Shown: positions 9,133-18,018, counted from the stretch's first letter. The stretch is DNA of 55,910 nucleotides from a virus (IMGVR_UViG_3300049789_000029:1-55910); one strand, 5' to 3'. Translations and numbers: made by a program. The notes: generated by a model from the letters alone, not told the origin.

Positions 9133-9861
9133 TTATCCTCCGTCTGAGAGCTTTGACAGTCTCTCTCGTTCTTCATCGCTGGCGTGTTTGAAAATTTCAG
9201 TGTGCCGGTCAAGGACAAGGATGTTGCTCTGATCACCACGGCGGAAGATGTTGTCCGGCTTGCGCCAGTCCGGGAACGAATACTCTCCATCCCAAGTCAC
9301 GAGCATGGACGGCTTGCCTTCGTTCACATACTGTCGGGAGATGTTCCATTCCCGTGATTCGAACGTCCATGTCCCGCCTCTGTCCCGCACTTGCTGTGGA
9401 AAGTCACGGAGCACTTTCGGATCAATGCCGTAGAAGTTCGTCCGGAGATGCGGCATTCCCTCATTCGAACTCATAGTTGCGTACATCCCATCTCCGTGTT
9501 TCTCCCGCACTTCAACCAACCGCTTGAGCCAGCCTTCTTTCCAGAAGAATGAACGCGCTGAACTGAAGAGTGCAAAATCAGAATCCAGAAATTGTGCCGC
9601 CCATTGATGGACTCCGGTGCACCATCGGTCTCCTTTGTAAAACAGGAACGTGCAATCCAGTCCTTCGTAAAGCTTTGGTGTTGGCGGCAATCCATTTGTG
9701 AACACGATGACGAGTTCATGTTCCGCTCCTGCCGGGAACTTCTTGTAGGTTTCGATGAACCTCCAAGCGTTGTCCTCGTATGTGCCGGACTGAAGGTCTA
9801 AGGCCGTATCATATCCCTCGTTCGGAGTGACGACGTGAAGGTAAACAACGGAAGTTTTCAT
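9133..9861 (-). CDS. Putative glycosyltransferase-like protein
   Basis: RFIETYKKFPAGAEHELVIV and PHLRTNF resemble proteins of polysaccharide loci; neighbouring genes support this. Confidence 0.45.
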   Translation of the reverse strand: MKTSVVYLHVVTPNEGYDTALDLQSGTYEDNAWRFIETYKKFPAGAEHELVIVFTNGLPPTPKLYEGLDCTFLFYKGDRWCTGVHQWAAQFLDSDFALFSSARSFFWKEGWLKRLVEVREKHGDGMYATMSSNEGMPHLRTNFYGIDPKVLRDFPQQVRDRGGTWTFESREWNISRQYVNEGKPSMLVTWDGEYSFPDWRKPDNIFRRGDQSNILVLDRHTEIFKHASDEERERLSKLSDGG

Positions 9862-10055
9862 CGGGGTTTGAATCGGCCCTGAATGACGAGCGCTTTTGCG
9901 AACACACCCCCACGTTTAATCACAACCAAGAAGTGTGTCCCGGCAAGCACTTTGGCCAGCGCTTCGACTGTTGATTGATCAGTGACATCAACGCCAAGCT
10001 TGCACGCTCGCTTGGTTAGCTTTGTTGCCACTGCGAGGCTGGGTTGCTTAATCAA
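9858..10055 (-). CDS. Small hypothetical protein
   Basis: TTG start overlapping the upstream stop; ATGA-coupled downstream. Confidence 0.4.
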   Translation of the reverse strand: MIKQPSLAVATKLTKRACKLGVDVTDQSTVEALAKVLAGTHFLVVIKRGGVFAKALVIQGRFKPR

Positions 10056-10410
10056 AGCGCACCTCCACGACACGACAGTCCCAGAGTTTGCGTTTGCCGC
10101 GCTCTCCGCGTTTGGCCCATCCGTGCACGACAATCCGATTTCCGGACGCGAGCCAGATTCCAGCTTCAGCGATTCCTTTGATTTTCGTGATGTGGTCTGC
10201 GACGTGTGCCCCGCTAGTTGTCTGGACGAGCGTGGCTCCGATTTGTCCAACCTTGGTTGCAAGGATGTCTCCGAACCCCCACACATCGCACCGGATGATC
10301 TTGCCCTTGTAACCAAGTGGCGTGGTGGGAATCCATTTTTCAACAATGTGAACAGTGAATCCCTGATCACGAAGAAACTTCAGACTTCTCTGAGTGGGAG
10401 TGATTGGCAT
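10048..10410 (-). CDS. PD-(D/E)xK nuclease, probable Holliday junction resolvase
   Basis: TPTQRSLKFLRDQGFTV..VE, DVWGFGDILA, LVQTTS pattern. Confidence 0.7.
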   Translation of the reverse strand: MPITPTQRSLKFLRDQGFTVHIVEKWIPTTPLGYKGKIIRCDVWGFGDILATKVGQIGATLVQTTSGAHVADHITKIKGIAEAGIWLASGNRIVVHGWAKRGERGKRKLWDCRVVEVRFD

Positions 10411-10419
10411 TGTGGTGGT

Positions 10420-10968
10420 TCATGGTTTTACGTAGCTCCAAAGGCGCGGTACGGGAATGTCGAATCGCGGCAGACTCGCAATCACGCCAAGCGCTACATC
10501 GTTGTGAGGGACATCGAAATCGTGTCCGAAGATGACACCTCCGGAACACAGCAACGGGAGAAAGCACCGAATGTCACGCTTTACGTCTTCTGTCGCGTGC
10601 CCGTCATCAACCCATACCCGTTGAATCCTTCCGCGCATGTGCTGAAGCATGTCAGCAGCCCGGGCTGAATCGCCTTTGATGAGTTCGCACCTTCCCTGTG
10701 CGATTTCTTTTCCGAGGTATCCTCGTGCGGTGTGTTCAATGCCCGGGACATCAAACGTATCAACACACCACAGGTGCAACGCGGGATTGGCGTCCAGCAT
10801 CACCTTGGCGCTTCGGCCAAGATAAGTTCCCAACTCAACGGCAACGGTGCACTGCGATGCCATCTCTGCGCAATACGCAAGACAGTGATCTTCTGTCCAC
10901 GTCCAGATGTGATCGGACTGCCGGATGACAGTCCGCCATTTTTCGGTGAGTTGTTCTGCGAGATACAT
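10420..10968 (-). CDS. Class I SAM methyltransferase (Methyltransf_24-like)
   Basis: VELGTYLGRS, CVDTF, IKGDS, VDDGH, GGVIFGHD. Confidence 0.88.
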   Translation of the reverse strand: MYLAEQLTEKWRTVIRQSDHIWTWTEDHCLAYCAEMASQCTVAVELGTYLGRSAKVMLDANPALHLWCVDTFDVPGIEHTARGYLGKEIAQGRCELIKGDSARAADMLQHMRGRIQRVWVDDGHATEDVKRDIRCFLPLLCSGGVIFGHDFDVPHNDVALGVIASLPRFDIPVPRLWSYVKP

Positions 10969-10971
10969 GCT

Positions 10972-11439
10972 TCAATCCAGTTGTTGAATTCGGAAGAAGT
11001 GATGGTCCGGAGACGGAATGCCGTTCGTTCGAAACGCGAAGTTCGTTGTCGCCAGAAATGTGTTGAGCGGAATCCACTCTCCGGAGTTCAGGTCGTTCGC
11101 ACGCTCCCACCTGTAGTGATGTCCATTCGTGAGATTGTTCGCCTTCGTCACGATGTAGAACGGCACTACGAAGTTCGTGTCCGGAGCGAGCAAGTTGTAT
11201 TGCTCCACGTTCAGCCAAATCTGGTTTGTGTCCAAAGGAGGAATGGTGTTCGTCATGCAGTTGGTGCACGGCGGACATGGGTCCGGATCACACGGAGTAG
11301 GCGGGCCTTCGGACTTCCGAATCGCTTGAAATACCGGAGCCGGTTTCTTCGTCACGCATCCCGCCACCAGAACGGCGATGATGGCCACGAATGCCATAAT
11401 CGAAATGATGATGACCCATGTTTGTGTTTTTGTTTTCAT
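10972..11439 (-). CDS. Lipoprotein with Pro/Cys linker and Verrucomicrobia-type C-terminal domain
   Basis: Signal peptide with lipobox VAGC; PCPPCTNC; YRWERANDLNSGEW...FFRI. Confidence 0.7.
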   Translation of the reverse strand: MKTKTQTWVIIISIMAFVAIIAVLVAGCVTKKPAPVFQAIRKSEGPPTPCDPDPCPPCTNCMTNTIPPLDTNQIWLNVEQYNLLAPDTNFVVPFYIVTKANNLTNGHHYRWERANDLNSGEWIPLNTFLATTNFAFRTNGIPSPDHHFFRIQQLD

Positions 11440-12197
11440 ACGCTATAACCTCTCTCTCTGAGCCAATCGTGAATGATCGTCGGATGTGTTCCGTTGTATT
11501 CCAACAGCCGGTCTTGCCAGTCGTTCAGGCCCGGGCTTTCCATCCAGTTGCCTTGAAAGTTCTCAGCGTCCACGAGCCGTTGATCGTAAGAGTTGACCCA
11601 AATCTTGTGAACCACTCTGGCCTTTTTGAAATACGCATCGCGCTTTCGAAGGCACCCGTAGTGCATGATCTTCACTCCGCTGTTCTCTGCGATGCGTTCG
11701 ATAGGCCCGGAGTTCGGGTCCGGATAATCGCTGGGCATCCACATGTTTGCCGCGCCAACCCGTATCACGCGATGGCCAAGGCACTCACCGTGAGGAACGA
11801 GGTGTCTGGAATCCTTGAAAAAGTTGTAGCGCTCACACATGAGCGTTCGATGTTCACGAGCCGCCCGTAGAACTTCCTCGTAAGAATCCTCGTGAAGGAT
11901 TTCGTCGGCATCCAACTGAACGTGCCACTCCGTCTTCAGATGTTGGCGAGCGTAATTCAGATACTCCGGCCACCAGAGATTGGTGTGCACCGGATCAGTC
12001 CACGGAAAGTTGAGAGTGTTGATCTTCGGCTCTCGTGCGGCCCATTCGTCAATAGCGGCTCGTGTTCCATCGTCGGAGTCGCAATCGCAGATGACAACTT
12101 CGTCGCAGATGGGAAGCAGACTCTTCACCGCTTCAATCCAACAATAATCGAGTCTAAATCCGTTTCGAACACAGACGTTGCCGCCAAGTGTGCTCAT
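11436..12197 (-). CDS. Glycosyltransferase family 2
   Basis: CDEVVICDCDSDDGT, QLDADE, IMHYG; start MSTLGG is ATGA-coupled to the HNH gene. Confidence 0.85.
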   Translation of the reverse strand: MSTLGGNVCVRNGFRLDYCWIEAVKSLLPICDEVVICDCDSDDGTRAAIDEWAAREPKINTLNFPWTDPVHTNLWWPEYLNYARQHLKTEWHVQLDADEILHEDSYEEVLRAAREHRTLMCERYNFFKDSRHLVPHGECLGHRVIRVGAANMWMPSDYPDPNSGPIERIAENSGVKIMHYGCLRKRDAYFKKARVVHKIWVNSYDQRLVDAENFQGNWMESPGLNDWQDRLLEYNGTHPTIIHDWLRERGYSV

Positions 12198-12637
12198 AGG
12201 AACGTTGTGAGTGCTCTTTTCACTGGCCATCCATATAGACCCAGACGATTCACAAGGGTAGTCTTTTTAATTCCCGTTCTGTCGGCCCATTGAGAGATCG
12301 TCAATGTGATGCCCTTAAACGTAATTCTGACATTATCTCTTCTGTTGTTTTCCTGTTCTTTCCATGTCGCCCATTTGCAGTTCGCAGGACAATATCCCCT
12401 CTCGTTGTTTACCCGCTCTATCGTCAATCCCTTTCTCCACGACGGAAACATATCCGTGGCAAAGTTCTTGAACTCTTGCCATCGCTTGCAAAGCCTTATT
12501 CCCCGGCCTCCATAATTTTTGAACATTGGATGTCGCTGGTTTGAACACCGCTTTCTGATACTCCTCCAGCAGTCGTATATCGGGTGTGATTTACCGTTTC
12601 TGCAAAACCCGTGCTTTGTGTTCTTGTGCGGTTTCAT
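12194..12637 (-). CDS. HNH-type homing endonuclease
   Basis: RC..N..YGGRGI..C.RW..F.NF..DM, TIERVNNERGY.PANCKWAT..EQ.NNRR. Confidence 0.85.
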   Translation of the reverse strand: MKPHKNTKHGFCRNGKSHPIYDCWRSIRKRCSNQRHPMFKNYGGRGIRLCKRWQEFKNFATDMFPSWRKGLTIERVNNERGYCPANCKWATWKEQENNRRDNVRITFKGITLTISQWADRTGIKKTTLVNRLGLYGWPVKRALTTFL

Positions 12638-14316
12638 TCGTAGTCAAATGACCCCGGGATTCTGTGCAGGTTATGGTCAAGATATTTGCCCCAAATAGCA
12701 TTGAATGTTGCGTTGGCCTGCCCCACCAACTCTTGAATGTTGCCTAGCTTTGCGGTGCTTTGATGTTCAAGATGGACTCCGGTAGCATGTGGAGTATATC
12801 GTATCCGCCATCCCGCTCTTCGCATCGCGAGACAGAACGCATCATCTTCCGCATAAATTTTAAAGCGCTCGTCAAAGCCATCTATTCCGTAAAATGCTTC
12901 TCTGCGAACAAGGACACTAGCGCCGTTGATATTTTCCATGTCCACGGCCTGTTTGATAGTCGGATCACGGTGCCGGTAATCGATGTGACCCCAGCCTCTT
13001 GCTCCCGGCTCTCTCATTTTTCCTGCATGGTAGATAGTCCCATCCGGATACCGAAGTAGATGTCCCACCATTCCGACTTCCGAATCCATTTCGAACTTCA
13101 TCCGTGACACGGCTTCCGGGTCCAAGAACACGTCATCGTTCAACAGCAGCAGAAACTTCCCGTTGGAGTGGCGAGCGCCGAAGTTCACGTTTCGACCGTA
13201 ACCGATTTGATTCACGAACTTCTGCACGTATTTGATCTTGGGATGTTGCAGCGCTCCCGGTGGAATGCGTGAGTAACCTTCCCCGGTGACAATCACTTCC
13301 TGCACTTGGGGGAGCACGCACTCCAAAGTCCGGTTGAGCGTGTTCACGTCCGGCTGATATATCGGAATGATGGCCGACACGTCGTCACCGAACCGATACC
13401 GCAACCGTGCGTTGGCCCAATTCGCTACAAGCTCCGGGTCAATCTGCTGGCAAGGCGGCATGTGCTCCGACTTGGGGCAGAGGTTCTGCTGGCAGTTCAA
13501 GCAGTCCAGCTTCGGGGCTACTGAAATGAAATCGTTCTGATCATTCAGGTGAAGGTCCGGGCTGGAGGACTGGGAGATTGTCACCATCGGAATTCCCAAG
13601 GCAGCAGCGACGTGCATCGGACCTGTGTCCACGCTGATCATCAAATCCGCCACGGAGATGTATTCGATCACGTTGTCAAAGTGGCGGCAGTTTAGATCAA
13701 CGAAGTTCTTGGGAGCGGGATGACGTCCAACCCAAAACTTTGTTCCCTTCGTTTTCTCTGCAACGATTTCCCAAATCCAATCCGGAACATTGCGCACGTT
13801 GTAAGAGTCGGAGCGCGGGCACACGAATACCCACGGCCTCTCATACTGTGAAAGCTTTTGGCGGACGGCGTGCTTCACATTCTGGTTCACCCGAATCTTG
13901 GGTTTGCAGTTGAGTGCATCACCGATGAGGATTCCACGAGCACGCAACTGGAGTTGGGCCTTCTCAAAGAACATCGTGTGAAAATGTTTCTGCGTTCTCT
14001 GAGGATCGTTCTCGTAAGCACCGTCAAGATCGATGTGGCAGAACCCACCCGGCTCCGTGACATCGAACAGGTTGGGATGCCGTTTCAACAGGCAATGACA
14101 ATGCGGGTGAGATTGCATCGTCACTTCGAAGTTCATTTGAATCAGCCTGTCCGCAACAACCGTGGCGCACAAAGCATCTCCAAGAGCAGCAGTGCGACGA
14201 AGGATGATCGGTGTGGCGTTGGCTCGCTCTTGGTCTCGCTTGGCGAGAAAGGCGGCGTTACCTCCGCCGCCCGGGTCTGGTTTCAGCATAAAGCAGGAAT
14301 CCTTGCTCACTTCCAC
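12634..14316 (-). CDS. Two-domain glycosyltransferase: GT9 (heptosyltransferase-like) + GT2
   Basis: RTAALGDAL and ISVDTGPMHVAAALGIP (GT9); AIIPIY, LLLNDD, GASVLVRRE...GFDERF..YAED (GT2). Confidence 0.9.
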   Translation of the reverse strand: MEVSKDSCFMLKPDPGGGGNAAFLAKRDQERANATPIILRRTAALGDALCATVVADRLIQMNFEVTMQSHPHCHCLLKRHPNLFDVTEPGGFCHIDLDGAYENDPQRTQKHFHTMFFEKAQLQLRARGILIGDALNCKPKIRVNQNVKHAVRQKLSQYERPWVFVCPRSDSYNVRNVPDWIWEIVAEKTKGTKFWVGRHPAPKNFVDLNCRHFDNVIEYISVADLMISVDTGPMHVAAALGIPMVTISQSSSPDLHLNDQNDFISVAPKLDCLNCQQNLCPKSEHMPPCQQIDPELVANWANARLRYRFGDDVSAIIPIYQPDVNTLNRTLECVLPQVQEVIVTGEGYSRIPPGALQHPKIKYVQKFVNQIGYGRNVNFGARHSNGKFLLLLNDDVFLDPEAVSRMKFEMDSEVGMVGHLLRYPDGTIYHAGKMREPGARGWGHIDYRHRDPTIKQAVDMENINGASVLVRREAFYGIDGFDERFKIYAEDDAFCLAMRRAGWRIRYTPHATGVHLEHQSTAKLGNIQELVGQANATFNAIWGKYLDHNLHRIPGSFDYE

Positions 14317-14984
14317 TCCTTCACTAACCAGCAGTAATCGGGAAGAGTAGCCCTGATTTCATCAGTTACTTTGGGCTGAATTTTCTCCATCGGCAAATGC
14401 ACCTTCAATCGTAATGGACACGAACAGAGTTCGCACACTCCAAGCTTTGCATCATGCGAAGTCTCAAGCTTCATGTCGTTCTTCAACTGAATCGTTTTCC
14501 GAATCGCTTCGCTGGCTTGCCGCGTGAAGAAAGACGACAGGTCTCCCTCCATGTTGAACCGACAGCCAGCGCAAACTCCAGCGCGTGCGTTGCTCTGTTC
14601 CGGGGGCACTGCCTCCGCACCGCTTGCAATCCATTCCACGAGGGTTTCACCGCCCGCCACAACACGTTGACTTTTTTGGAGCAACGTCTGTTGCGGGCGG
14701 ATTGAAAGTGGGGGGCTTGGGTCTCCTGATCCTGTGATGTATTTCGTCCACCCCATTTGCTCGCAAATCTTGGCGTTGTAGGCGTCCAACTCTTCGCGCA
14801 CGTTGTCAACGTCTGTCGGCCAGCCGTGCTTCTCTTTCAAAAACGGATTGGCATTGCGATGAGAGATAATCGCCTGCACTATCGATTCGAAGCTGCTATA
14901 TCTTGGTGGTCGCCACCCTGTCTCGGGTTGATAATACGAGAGGCCATTTGGTATTTGCCGATTTCTGTCAATGAGTCGTGCCAT
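14307..14984 (-). CDS. Cys-rich hypothetical protein
   Basis: CAGC...CELCSC.L.LKVH...LPDYCW. Confidence 0.75.
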   Translation of the reverse strand: MARLIDRNRQIPNGLSYYQPETGWRPPRYSSFESIVQAIISHRNANPFLKEKHGWPTDVDNVREELDAYNAKICEQMGWTKYITGSGDPSPPLSIRPQQTLLQKSQRVVAGGETLVEWIASGAEAVPPEQSNARAGVCAGCRFNMEGDLSSFFTRQASEAIRKTIQLKNDMKLETSHDAKLGVCELCSCPLRLKVHLPMEKIQPKVTDEIRATLPDYCWLVKEWK

Positions 14985-15468
14985 AAGCTGGAGTGTTGCA
15001 TCTTTCCCCCCTTCTCACCATGCATACGTAAGATACTGAGAGGCCAAACCGTCTTGCCAGTTCTGTTGCTGACAGTGGGGAGTGCTTAATCATTTTGATT
15101 TTGTTTCGGTTGAGAATCTTGGATGTTCTGGTACGCCCTTTTTGTGATGCATCTCGCATATTGTCCTTCTGCGTCCCCAGAAAAAGGTGAGCAGGATTCA
15201 CGCATTTAGGATTATCACATGTGTGGCAGAGAAATTCTTTGTTTGTGATCTTTCTTCCACATAGTTTCCAACAGAGGCGAGATACCTGAATGCATTTCCT
15301 CTTATTGGTAATCGCTGCATATCCATTTCTCAATGCTGCCATCCAGTTCCAGCAGCCCGTTTGCGAGTCTTTCTGAACTCGTCTAATAATCTCCTTCAAA
15401 GTCCACCGCTTCGGAAGGATTCTTCCACTCGCGTCCCTTTGTACTTCCCACCATTTAGAGCGGCCCAT
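14968..15468 (-). CDS. HNH endonuclease with C-terminal HTH
   Basis: GCWNW, CHTCDNPKCVNPAHLFLGTQKDNMRD; AT-richer than its flanks. Confidence 0.88.
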   Translation of the reverse strand: MGRSKWWEVQRDASGRILPKRWTLKEIIRRVQKDSQTGCWNWMAALRNGYAAITNKRKCIQVSRLCWKLCGRKITNKEFLCHTCDNPKCVNPAHLFLGTQKDNMRDASQKGRTRTSKILNRNKIKMIKHSPLSATELARRFGLSVSYVCMVRRGERCNTPAYGTTH

Positions 15469-15553
15469 ATTGATGCGGGTTATAAACTCATGTCTCTGTG
15501 GAGTCAAACAAAATAGTTGACAGATGTTAGCTGGTTATGCGAATTGTCTGAAC

Positions 15554-15781
15554 ATGCCTGCTACTGACAAATGTCCAAAGTGCAAAGGAACCGGGCGAGT
15601 CCCCAATCAAAAAAGTGTGGGTGAGGAAATGCGCCAGCTTCGCGAGAAGCACGGCAAGTCACTGCGACAAATCGCCAAGATTCTTGGATTTTCCGCGCCT
15701 TACATTTCTGATTTAGAACACGGAAGGCGGGACTGGAATCCGGCAACAATGCTCAACTACACCAACGCCTGTAAACAATGA
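15554..15781 (+). CDS. XRE-family HTH regulator with N-terminal CxxCxGxG
   Basis: CPKCKGTG; LREKHGKSLRQIAKILGFSAPYISDLEHGRR. Confidence 0.85.
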   Translation: MPATDKCPKCKGTGRVPNQKSVGEEMRQLREKHGKSLRQIAKILGFSAPYISDLEHGRRDWNPATMLNYTNACKQ

Positions 15782-16062
15782 AACTCCTCTCTGATCGAAT
15801 GCTCGTTGAAATGATGGAACGTCCCAAGATGTCCGGCATGATCCATTTGCCAGACCAACACCACGACTTTGCGGACGGCAACTTCTGCCGAGTGCTGAAC
15901 GTTGGTCCGGAGTGCAAGGAGGTGAAGAAGGACGATCTGGTTTTCTTCCACTCCTACCACGAAGGCGGAGTCGCTCTGCCGGATGGCACGAAGATCATCC
16001 GCGAGAAAAACGTTTTGCTCGTCATCCCACAACAACCACCGAATCAAAATAAACAACTATGA
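15778..16062 (+). CDS. GroES/Cpn10-like co-chaperonin
   Basis: LSDRMLV, SGMIHLPD, VLNVGP..EVKKDDLVFF, IIREKNVL. Confidence 0.8.
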   Translation: MKLLSDRMLVEMMERPKMSGMIHLPDQHHDFADGNFCRVLNVGPECKEVKKDDLVFFHSYHEGGVALPDGTKIIREKNVLLVIPQQPPNQNKQL

Positions 16063-16358
16063 AAGTTCCAAAACTTCATTGGACCCTGTGGGCGTGGTTC
16101 GTCTTCTCACTGGGATTCGGAATCACAATCAAACTCGCCGCCGACGTGGACAAGAACACCGGATGGCGAATGTTCATCTGGGCTGTTGTCATCTCGTGCA
16201 CATTCGCGCTGGCTGCCTTTTTCCTATCCCTCCGCAACTACCTCAAACTCAAATCCTATGAAAACCAAATGGATCATCACACTGGTTATCGTTTCGGCAC
16301 TGGTAGGAGTGTCGCAAGTCAAACCCAGCAGCGCACAACCCGCAAGCCAAGACCCTAA
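16059..16358 (+). CDS. Two-TM membrane protein
   Basis: Two hydrophobic helices; coupled start. Confidence 0.6.
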   Translation: MKVPKLHWTLWAWFVFSLGFGITIKLAADVDKNTGWRMFIWAVVISCTFALAAFFLSLRNYLKLKSYENQMDHHTGYRFGTGRSVASQTQQRTTRKPRP

Positions 16359-16923
16359 TCGTCCGAAGCTTGTTGACTGCACGGCTGAGTTCATTATCGG
16401 CGGACTCGTCCTTGTGGTTGGAGTCGTCATCTACGTTGGCCTCAAAAAGTTTTGTGAAAAACATCTGCCGCCTGATCAACCACCCGCTCCGCCTCCGCCA
16501 CCGTGCACAAACTGCAACCCGGCTCATCCATCGTGGCCGTGCACCAACTGTCCTCCACCCGCTAAGTCACTCGTAAAAAGCTTCGCTCCTTTTCCGCTTC
16601 TCCAGTTGGATTCCGGCAGCGCCGTGGATTACTCCGACATCACCAGCTACGGCTGGTTCGATGCGTTCTCCAATCGCTTCCAGATTTACTTCACGACGAA
16701 GATTGAGGAGAGCACAAATCTGATCGACTGGACTTCACGCTTCTCTCTGGAAGGTTACGTGAGCTTCGGTGATCTGGCTCTGAGATGGCCTTCCAACGCT
16801 GTGACCGTAGTTCGCTCGAACGGCGTGGCTGTCGGCACGAACTGGTCTTGGCTTCAGACAGAGCCGGTGTCCATCGACTCGCAACCGGCAGCAAGGAAGT
16901 TCTATCGGCTGGCACATGAGTAA
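16258..16923 (+). CDS. Exported/membrane protein with PCTNC repeats and Verrucomicrobia-type C-terminal domain
   Basis: Signal peptide, TM helix, two PCTNC, IEESTNLIDW...RKFYRL. Confidence 0.7.
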   Translation: MKTKWIITLVIVSALVGVSQVKPSSAQPASQDPNRPKLVDCTAEFIIGGLVLVVGVVIYVGLKKFCEKHLPPDQPPAPPPPPCTNCNPAHPSWPCTNCPPPAKSLVKSFAPFPLLQLDSGSAVDYSDITSYGWFDAFSNRFQIYFTTKIEESTNLIDWTSRFSLEGYVSFGDLALRWPSNAVTVVRSNGVAVGTNWSWLQTEPVSIDSQPAARKFYRLAHE

Positions 16924-17167
16924 GAGGAGCGAAGACCCACAGATAGAATTCACACTTCCCGATGAACCCCGATTCTTCCTCAACTACGGGCTGTTGTGTC
17001 CGAACTGCAACCTCACGGTCAAGGTGCTCAAGCAGACGCACCGAGAGACGAAGAAGCAATACTGGACACTCGGATGTCCGTATTGTCGGTTACAAACTGA
17101 GCCGTGCGAATCTCTTGAGATAGCACGGCGCACATTCAAACTCCTCAAGAAGATCATCGCATCATGA
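16916..17167 (+). CDS. Zinc-ribbon protein
   Basis: CPNC...CPYC. Confidence 0.65.
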   Translation: MSKRSEDPQIEFTLPDEPRFFLNYGLLCPNCNLTVKVLKQTHRETKKQYWTLGCPYCRLQTEPCESLEIARRTFKLLKKIIAS

Positions 17168-17418
17168 CGTTCAAAGAAGCTCTCTCTGAAGCCAGCCGTC
17201 GCATGGGGTGGACTGAAGAACAAATCGCCAAGGCGATGCAACAAGCCAGCCTTGTTGTGCCAATGCCAAAGGAAATGTTGTATCACGAAATTCCTCCGGA
17301 CAAAGCGGAGGAGTTGGTTCAACGCTTGGTGTCAGTTCTTAAGAAGGTGGACGCCCATTTTGATCATGCGGAGAAGATGCTGAACCAGAGACTTCGAAAT
17401 CTTTCATCGAACAATTAG
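17164..17418 (+). CDS. Hypothetical protein
   Basis: ATGA-coupled ORF. Confidence 0.65.
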   Translation: MTFKEALSEASRRMGWTEEQIAKAMQQASLVVPMPKEMLYHEIPPDKAEELVQRLVSVLKKVDAHFDHAEKMLNQRLRNLSSNN

Positions 17419-17446
17419 TAAACCCACAACAGAAAGAACAACCAAC

Positions 17447-17722
17447 ATGACAAGACCGAAAACAGAAGCGCTGCCCGGAATGGAGCGCAAGGGAATCAAG
17501 GAAATCGAAACGCTGGCTGATGATTACGTCTCTCACCGTGACAAGCGGATGGCCGCGCTCAAGAAAGAGCTTGAGGCAAAGACGAAACTCATTGACGCCA
17601 TGAAGAAGCACGGGCAAAAGACTTACGAGTTCGAAGAGGACGGCCTGACCGTGACGGTGGAGTTGCAGATCGGAGACGAGAGCGTCAAGGTCAAGAAGGC
17701 CGAACTCGGAGAAGGCGATTGA
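17447..17722 (+). CDS. Hypothetical coiled-coil protein
   Basis: 91 aa with purine-rich leader. Confidence 0.75.
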   Translation: MTRPKTEALPGMERKGIKEIETLADDYVSHRDKRMAALKKELEAKTKLIDAMKKHGQKTYEFEEDGLTVTVELQIGDESVKVKKAELGEGD

Positions 17723-17809
17723 TCGGAATTCTTCCAAACCAAAGAAAAAGTACACAGCAGCAACCTGATGCTAAGTTCAGATTCAAACCTGAGCGGAATC
17801 AAAGAGAAC

Positions 17810-17965
17810 AGTGCTGGCTGTCCGACCCGGCAGATGGTAGTTCGCGAACAGAGTATGCAGCGGGAAGGCAGAAAGGAAAAGCATCCGGATTGATGTCCGG
17901 CTAACGTGACGGGGATAAACTTAAGGAATCTCACCGTCACGGGACTCAGCAAAAACTCTGCGATA
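17810..17965 (+). ncRNA. Candidate structured ncRNA
   Basis: Stems 17849-54/17955-60, 17885-89/17896-900, 17905-12/17934-41, 17812-17/17827-32. Confidence 0.4.
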
Positions 17966-17984
17966 TGGCCAAGTGTGTGTGTGC

Positions 17985-18018
17985 ACCCCGGGAGCCTGCA
18001 ACTCCCGGGGTAATTTTT
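17985..18018 (+). terminator. Intrinsic terminator
   Basis: 10-bp stem accccgggag/ctcccggggt followed by aattttt. Confidence 0.7.

Noticed and set aside
15554-15781. Lysogeny module
   Set aside because: One XRE HTH only; no integrase, CI-type peptidase domain or partition genes recognised
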